Source: the human T2T-CHM13v2.0 reference genome, Homo sapiens
DNA: 64,000 bases
Assembly: GCF_009914755.1 (NCBI RefSeq)
Contig: NC_060926.1
Reading direction: 5' to 3' (one strand)
Below the pieces are notes generated by a model. The model searched no databases, was not told where the DNA came from, and saw only the letters and a program-made list of their open reading frames with translations. Position 1 is the stretch's first letter, and each line of letters opens with the position of its first letter. The position numbers and the translations under genes are program-made. Positions 55,834 through 64,000 of this stretch are shown here, one piece after another.

Positions 55834-57134
55834 AAAATTCAAATGAAAATTCAAAACACAAAAAAAAACCTTAGAAGGACCAAGATAACTTTGGGAAAAA
55901 AATGGAGAACTTAAATGGCTGATGTAGAGATATATTTTCAAGGTAGAGTAATGAAGGCATGGTGGTTTTGGTGTCAAGATAGAAAAGTGGAATAGAATTG
56001 AAAGTCCATAAAATGGACTGATAGAACAAAATGTAATCTTGGTTTTAGCAAAAATGTCTTTGTCACAACACCAAAAACATAATGCATAAAAGAAGAAAAC
56101 ATTGGTAAATTCAACAAAATTAAGAGCTTCTGTTTTTCCAAAAATGTTATTAATGGATTGGAAATATAAGCCACAGATTTAGAGAAAATATTTGCAAATC
56201 CAGATCTAATAAAGGCCTTATATCTACAAATATATAAGGAACTTCCAAAACTCAACGATAAGGAAATAACTTTTAATGAAGAGAGAAGCTCTAAACATAC
56301 ATTTCACAAAAGAAATATAAATGGTAAACAAGCACATGAAATAATCCTAAAATATCACTAGACATCAAAGAAAAAATAAAAGCTCAATGAGCCACTCACC
56401 TAATACAGTATCTCAATTTCAAAAGACTGATCATTCCTAGTATTGGCAAGGATGTGGTGCCACTGGACCTCTCATAACAGATTGGTGGGAATGTAAAATG
56501 ATACCTACAACTACTTTTTCTTTTTTTCCCCCTCACATTTTATGCTTTCTCTAGTTTTAATTGAACATTCTATATGATTCAATTTTATCTTCCTTCTTGC
56601 TGTATCATTTATAATCCTTTAAAAATATTTTTAGTAGTTTCCCTAAGCTTTACAGCACACTTTAAAATAATTTGAACTCACCTTCAAAGAATACTATACC
56701 ATGTCTTGTGTAGTGTGGGAATCTCATAACAGTATTCTCAGTCCTCTCTCTCGACCTGGTGACATTGCTGTCTGTCTTATCCATACTTATGTCATGTTTA
56801 TCCATACACTGTAATTAGCTATATGTTGCTACTATTACAGCTTCAAACAGCTATCTTTTAGAGCAATAAAAAATAGGAAAAATACACAATTTTATTTTAC
56901 CTTTATTTCTTTTGTGATACTCTCTCTTTCTATATGTAGTTCCAAGTTTCTGACCAGTATCATTTTCCTTCTGCCTGAAGAACTTTTAGCGTTTCTTTCA
57001 GGCAGCATCTGCAAGTGATGCATTTCCACAGGTTTTGCTTGTATAAGAAAGTATTTCTTCTTTGGTTTTGGAGGATACTTTCACTGGATATAATTTTCTT
57101 TTCAAGACTTTCTCTTTGTCTTTTACAGTGTAAA

Positions 57135-57139
<5 letters not shown>

Positions 57140-57177
<38 letters not shown>
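57140..57177. repeat. Pure (T)38 tract
   Basis: Directly counted run of T. Confidence 0.95.
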
Positions 57178-57180
<3 letters not shown>

Positions 57181-57493
57181 AGGTGTGATGGGTCACACTC
57201 ACAATCCCAGCAGTTTGGGAGACCAAGGCAGGCAGATTGCTTGAGCCCAGGAGATTAAGACTTGGGAAACATGGAAAAAACCCATCTCTACCAAAAAAAA
57301 AAAAAACAAACAAACAAAAAACAAAAAACAAAACAAAACAAAATTAGCCAGGTCTGGTGGTGCACAGCTGCTCAGGAGGCTGATGTGGGAGGATCACCTG
57401 AGCCCCAGGAGGTCTAGGCTGCAGTGAGCCGTGATCATGCCACCGCACTCCATCTTGGTTGACAGAGCAAGACTCTAAAAAAAAAAAAAAAAT
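57178..57493 (+). mobile_element. AluJ
   Basis: GATTGCTTGAGCCCAGGAG and GGAGGATCACCTGAGCCC…GGCTGCAGTGAGCCGTGATCATGCCACC are J diagnostics; expanded A-rich linker. Confidence 0.9.
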
Positions 57494-58339
57494 CCTTAGT
57501 TGAATTTTTGTTGTTTTTTAGTTTGTTGGTTTGAAGTATTTATTCTCCTTGGGTTTTCTGAGCTTGCTAAATCTGGTTTGGTATGTGCCATTAATTGTGA
57601 AAATTTCTCACTCACTATTATTTCAAATACTATAGTCCTTTCCTCATTCAGAATTCACTTGTGCCATTTTGGGAACAGTGTTGAAAGGAAGGAGAGTCAA
57701 CTAATATGTGAGGATCTGTCTATAAAAATGCGTAGTTATGTGGCTGGCTCAGGGTGACCCCTCTGCCTGCTGAAAGTACAGGTGTCCTGATTGATCCTGT
57801 CACTGGCCATTTCAAAGTGTTGCCTCTATCATGCAGTATATTCAAAATTCTTCAGGCAGGCTGCTGAGCATCCTTTATACCATCTCAGATGTTAGAAAGT
57901 CTGATGTTGGAGGTCTCTTGGATTCCCTTACTGGGCTGTTATAAACCTCCCAGAGTCTTCTCAAAATTACGGGAAACATGCCAGTGGTCCACCACTTATT
58001 ACTTATCTGGCTGTGGTCAAGTGTCTTGTCCTCTCTTGCGCCTCAGTTATGGCAATAGGCATAATTTAGAACTAAAGAATGTTTCTTTATTGCTTTCAAC
58101 TGTGACCTATTTCTAGAATAATCTAACATTTCCTGCTAACCCGTAGCAGAGGGCACATCAGAAAAGACGTGTATTATGAGTCCTTCACACACCACTGTTA
58201 AGGACAGAGAATATTAAAAATTGCTTTGCAGAGTTAGCTCAGCATAACATTTGGATTTTTAGTACTTCTGAGAAAGAAAAAGCATGTCAACCTCATCTAC
58301 ACTAGCATACGATTGAGGAGATCATTCTAGTCTGCACTA

Positions 58340-58555
58340 GCAGAATTTAGAGGTGAAGATCACCTGGAATTAAATCCTGTTCCACTACTTACTGTTTGTC
58401 CCTATCAAACAAGTTAAATTCTCCATGTTTCTTTTTCCCCATGTACATAGTTAGTAAAGGTAAATTAATCATAAAGTTTTAGAGATTATTTTAAAAGTAA
58501 TTCATGTAAAATGATTAGAAAAATATCTGACACACAGAAAATACTAAATAATAGC
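58340..58555 (+). mobile_element. MIR
   Basis: CCTGGAATTAAATCCTGTTCCACTACTTACTG…CTGACACACAGAAAATACTAAATAATAGC. Confidence 0.65.
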
Positions 58556-59045
58556 TTTTTCAACATTGAAAAAATCTAAGGATATTAAATATCTTCACTA
58601 ATTACAGAGAACATCTCAACAATGACCTGGTGGGCAAATTAAATACATAATTTATGAGAATCGTGGAACAACTTAAGAGTAGGCAGTGACATCTGCATGG
58701 CATTGAATTTTATACTAAAAAAGGGGCTTATTTATTTAGAATAAATAACTACTTTTTCTGGTTAAGCATTGAAAAGAACAGCTAATATTGTGAGTTACAG
58801 TACATTATGAGTTATAAATAGCTAAACAAATTACTAATTGCAGAGTTGATTATTATATATTACTAATTTGAAATTTATTCTAAGTAGTTGTTCCTGAGAT
58901 TACACATCAAATACATGTGAAAATCAAGATCTAAATACACATTTGAACTTTAGAAGAACTTAACTTACATATTGTAAGATGAAAGGTTTAGTTTCTAATT
59001 AAAGCAAATTTGGTTTTGTAAGAGTAGTATGTAAAACACTGCCCT

Positions 59046-59670
<625 letters not shown>

Positions 59671-60949
59671 TTAACTATGAGAATTACAGAGAAACTTAAT
59701 TTTCTACAAATATTTAAAAGAAAGGAAAGGAAGAAAGGAAGGAGAAAAAAAGGAAAGAATACTGAGTAGAACATTTTTACTTAAACTCTGTCTTGATAAT
59801 CTCTAAGCCAGCAGTAGAACTTATTGGCTTCAATGTATTATTACATTCACTTATTTTTACCCGTTAAATATTTATTAATCATGTCTGTGGAGTTAACATT
59901 TGGTTACCAATCCATTAGATTTAGCCCATGCTGCTCTTCATGATCCTTCACTGTTGCACATTTAAAGAAACAGCAGGCAAGATAATCTCGTCAGAGTCTA
60001 TCCACAAGACAAAATCGATCAAATGCAGGCCAACTCCCCACAGTTTGTTTTCTTTTCTATTTTTTTTTTAATCCTGAAAGAGATTAATTGTGTCTAAATT
60101 TCTTTCTGGTCTCCTGATGCTGAGAAATAAGAGAAAAATAGTGGTATTTTTGTTTCATTTCGTTTTGTTTTGGCGTGAAAATATTTGAAGATATGTGAAA
60201 CTCCCCATTTTCCTTTTATAACATTCAAATTTTGGATTATAAAAGCATAGCTTACCCAATATCTTCACATTAAACACATATTTGGTCAACCAATCAAGAG
60301 TATGAAATGTACCAAACTGGTTAAATATTATCTCAAATCTAAAATTGTTGACATCCTAAAAATGTTTTCTGACTAATTAAATTATGTTTAACAATGGAGC
60401 TTAAAAAAACAAGGTTCCATTTTGATTATTAGTGTTAATGAACACAATATAAATTAAAATACAAATTCAATTAAATCTAAAGAAAACTTCATCTTTAATC
60501 TCCATATAGCAATGAATTCAAGATATTTTTCTTCATGGAACATATATTATTTTCAATATATTTTACAAGTTCAAATACTTTCTAAAACAAAGACATCAGA
60601 CTCCATCACACAGAATTAACCTTGTAATCCTGGCTAGGGACAACTAAGTCAATTACAGAACTGAATCAAGTAACCTAAATGAAAGAAGAAACCCTTTGTT
60701 TTAGAGAAGAAAGGTGATTTCTCCCTTTGAGTGAAGCAGCAGCTTCTCAGCTCTAAATAATTGTTGTGTGAGGCTGTAAGAATGTCAGAATATGGAATGT
60801 AGATAAATCTTCACGTTTTCATAAGAAACTGGAAACAGAGAACTTTCCTGCTTTTTAATGTTGGCAATAATTCTAAAGAATTTTAATTATGATTGAGAAC
60901 AAACAAAATATCCCTGAAGGCCAAATTAAACCAGCTGGTGACCAGTTGG

Positions 60950-61320
60950 TGAGTCCACACCGACATTCAACATATCTTCCTGCCTCTGAAGGTGCTCATA
61001 ACCTCCTCTCAGTTGAGAATACACTTTCCACTCAGATTGCCACATATGAATCTGCCCAGATAAACATCTACTGTCTGCAAGAGCTCTTTCTCATGTGTTA
61101 AAAATGGAAACAATGCCTGCTTCCTCAGAGTTTGTCCTCACTTCCCCTGTGCTTGCTACCACTCTTATCACATATCTTGAAAATAATTGTGTCTTATATC
61201 TATGCTGATTTGAAAGCCAGAAAGGTAGGAATGATTCTTATAAAATTTAATATCTACACTCATTTAGTACAATATCTTGCACATTTAAAAATAAAGGTTA
61301 AGGCATAAAGAAGGAATGAA
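60950..61320 (+). mobile_element. L2 3' fragment
   Basis: GAAAGCCAGAAAGGTAGGAATGATTC…TAGTACAATATCTTGCACAT…GAAGGAATGAA. Confidence 0.45.
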
Positions 61321-61531
61321 TTCTAGCATTTGTCTTTTTGAAATGAGCTAATACAGAGTGGTGAATGTCAAATAGAAACATAATAATTTCTAACTTTTTA
61401 AAGCATAATTGCATAATATAAAGGACATATTTTTAACATCACCTGAATTGGGAGGATAAGATATTGAGGTAATGGGGCATAGGTAAGCAGAGACAAATAG
61501 AAATCTAGGCTTGGTCCATTTTTAACAACTG

Positions 61532-61579
61532 CCAGTAACAGTTCTAAGAATAATCCAGTAACAGTTCTAAGAATAATCC
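61532..61579. repeat. Perfect 23-bp tandem duplication
   Basis: CCAGTAACAGTTCTAAGAATAAT twice, followed by CC. Confidence 0.97.
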
Positions 61580-61958
61580 TTTAAATTAATACTTTATAAA
61601 TTATAATGCCTAAAATGATTTTAAAAAGCAAATTTTTCAAACTAAAATTTGAAATGATGGAAATATATTGTAATACAAATTATATGGCTTTATATAACTA
61701 GATTGTATTCAAATAGCAGTCTAAAATGGCTCATTACCTTTCTGTGAATTATTTGGTATTGAACTTCAGTTAGACAATGACACTGGTTCATTTCTTAAGC
61801 TCTGAATTATGGAAAAACCTTTATTGAAGAAGAGTCCTACCTCTAACCTTTCCCATTGTGCTATATTTTAAACCTAACACAAAGAACGAAAGTAACAAGA
61901 TGCAAGAATAGGCACTAAAATCCCTTCTAAAGAGGAAATATACAGTGTGGTTTTTATT

Positions 61959-62269
61959 TTTTATTTATTTATTTTTATTTTCATTTTTTTGAGACGGAGT
62001 CTTGCTCTGTTGCTCAGGCTGGAGTGCAGTGGCACGATCTCGGCCAGCTGCTAGCCCCGCCTCCTGGGTTCGCGCCATTCTCCTGCCTCAGCTTCCCGAG
62101 TAGCTGGGACCACGGGCACCCGCCACCATGCCCGGCTAATTTTTTGTATTTTTAGTACAGATAGGGCTTCACCGTGTTAGCCAGGATGGTCTTGATGCTG
62201 ACCTCGTGATCCGCCCGCCTCGGCCTCCCAAAGTGCTGGGATTACAAGCGTGAGCCACCGCGCCCGGCC
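61959..62269 (-). mobile_element. AluY
   Basis: CGCCATTCTCCTGCC, CACCGTGTTAGCCAGGATGG and CTCGTGATCCGCCCGCC diagnostics; 15-bp TSD AGTGTGGTTTTTATT. Confidence 0.97.
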
Positions 62270-62529
62270 AGTGTGGTTTTTATTAATAATTATAAATTTA
62301 TTTAAAAAACTAACAGTAGCACAATACATTTAGTAACTACATGTGGAGTTCATTTATGGAAGTGAATGTCTCCAACAACTCATAGGAAATAAAACCTTGA
62401 CAAGCTATATTATTAGTGCAGCAAGCTCTTAAAAAATACATTTCAAGGTAATCTTTAGACTAGACAATGGTAAAATTCTAATGTTTAGTTAGAACAACAA
62501 TATTTCTTAATTTTAGATAGAATGATATA

Positions 62530-62700
62530 GTTTACAAAGTATTTCTCATGTATTACCTCACTTGATAAATACTATTTGGTAAGGAGAAAAGGCAAAAGCT
62601 GATATTCATTTTAGAATGGAATGAAAAAATAGATGACTTGGTGAATTTTGACTATTAGCAAGTACTGGAGACAGGGCTAGACCCCAGGTCTCCTGATAGT
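62530..62700 (-). mobile_element. MIR
   Basis: TTTACAAAGTATTTCTCATGTATTACCTCACTTGAT…GGGCTAGACCCCAGGTCTCCTGA. Confidence 0.65.
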
Positions 62701-62859
62701 ATCTTTCAGATTTCCATTAAACCCTTTAGCTTGTCACAGGTTTAGAGTTCAATCATAGAGTACATTAATATACCTTTGCAGCAAGAGTAGGGGTTTATCT
62801 AATTCTCTTTTTTAAATTACATACAATTTTACTAAAACTACTGAACAAAAATTAAAATT

Positions 62860-63270
62860 CATTTCTGCATAATAGGACCTGGTTGGAGCATTTGTTAGTA
62901 TTTTGTTGGCATTGACTCTAACTCTTTCCTAAGGGTTCTAGGTTTCTTTCTATTGGAGAAGGGAAACTGAATCTTCTCAGCTCCATTTTTGGAGCAAGTT
63001 ACTTGGGTTAATCCAATCAAGACTTCTTTTTCCTGTTTCCTTCTACCCTGAGTATAACTAGACAAAACTGTAGCCCTAGAAGCATTGGTCTCCACCTAAA
63101 ATGAAGCCAGTATCTTTTAAGGTAAATCACAGAGATAGAAATGAGGCTTTTAGTGACATCATTGAGCCACTAGATCAGGCTTTGCATGATCTGCTTCTGT
63201 TACAAGAGCCAGTAAATTGGGCAAGTTCAAGCTGGCTTTTTAGTTATTGCCAACTGTAAACATTCTAATT
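62860..63270 (+). mobile_element. MLT1 (J/K/L-like) LTR
   Basis: GTGACATCATTGAGCCACTAGATCAGGC…GTTACAAGAGCCAGTAAATT…GTTATTGCCAACTGTAAACATTCTAA. Confidence 0.55.
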
Positions 63271-64000
63271 GTTGATGAATTTATCAGTTCTAAGCTGAAA
63301 GTACTTCCAGTCTCTTCAGTGTTTAAAAGAAATCACTGTCAGAGATATGACCCAAATCCTCCATACTGCTGTCAGTGAACTTACTTTGCTCACTGAACTT
63401 TTTTTATGTACAGATCCCTGTTCAAGGTCTGATTTCTTGTTGAATCCTCAGTGAAGTCAACGACTGGCTATCATCTCTGTTGAAGGAATCTTTGCTTACT
63501 TTTTAATTCATACTATAGTATCAGTTCTTCCAACTCAATAATCTCAATCTTTTAGCTTTTCTCATAGGACTTATTTTTAAGACTTTTAACTTACCTCTAT
63601 GGGTGACTTTGATTTCTCCTTAATGAATCCACATCATTATTAAGCGACCCCTAGAAACTGACAAAATACAAATCTTGAAATCTGTGAAATATTTTGCACA
63701 ACATAAATCGGAAAAATCTATACATTTTTGAGAATATACCCTCCTTGTTATGAAACTTGTTTTTCTGATATTACACTATCTGAAAGAAAGTTTCTCTGTA
63801 TTTATTTTATAGAACACTTCTCACTAGTAGCTTTTGTTTAAAATAATAATGATTGGCTCTTAAATTGCAAGAAATAATGTCTTTGAGCATTGTTTCTTAT
63901 TTATTCATTTTTTAAAATCTTCCTTCCACATTTTTCATAATGTATTTCTTAATAGATACTCAATAAATACTTTTTAAATGAATCACCAAATTTTCTTAAT

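Larger units (their letters stand above)
49080..56510 (+). mobile_element. Old L1ME-like ORF2/3' fragment split by the younger L1 at 49234
   Basis: Decayed ORF2 sequence at 49080-49233 continues at 55846-56510 across the TSD. Confidence 0.6.
56515..57640 (-). mobile_element. Old L1M fragment (ORF1/inter-ORF region)
   Basis: TTTTCCTTCTGCCTGAAGAACTTTTAGCGTTTC…GGATACTTTCACTGGATATA; interrupted by a T-tract and an AluJ. Confidence 0.6.

Noticed and set aside
62895-63095. 66-aa minus-strand ORF
   Set aside because: Within an MLT1-like LTR relic; no recognisable protein similarity.

Overview
AT-rich primate (human-like) genomic DNA that looks intronic or intergenic. I recognise no protein-coding host gene: the supplied ORFs are almost all Alu, L1 or LTR read-throughs or chance ORFs. 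The window is a layered transposon record. It holds about 11 Alu copies (one inserted inside another), two long L1PA15/16-like elements in opposite orientation carrying later LTR insertions (MER4A, MER50, THE1), older L1M, L2 and MIR relics, and MaLR and ERV1 solo LTRs. It also holds a nearly full-length hAT (BLACKJACK-like) DNA transposon whose decayed transposase can still be read from the BED finger to the C-terminal dimerisation domain, although the ORF track catches only one fragment of it. The most unusual non-repeat signals are a 53-bp near-perfect inverted duplication around an (AT)n core (32059-32229), two neighbouring palindromes built from inverted octamer-like motifs (7895-8067), smaller template-switch footprints, an intact DUX4-type motif in a THE1 LTR, and a few weak candidate exons. 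Repeat subfamily names come from recalled consensus features and need RepeatMasker/Dfam confirmation. I found no convincing evidence of a wholly new biological system.
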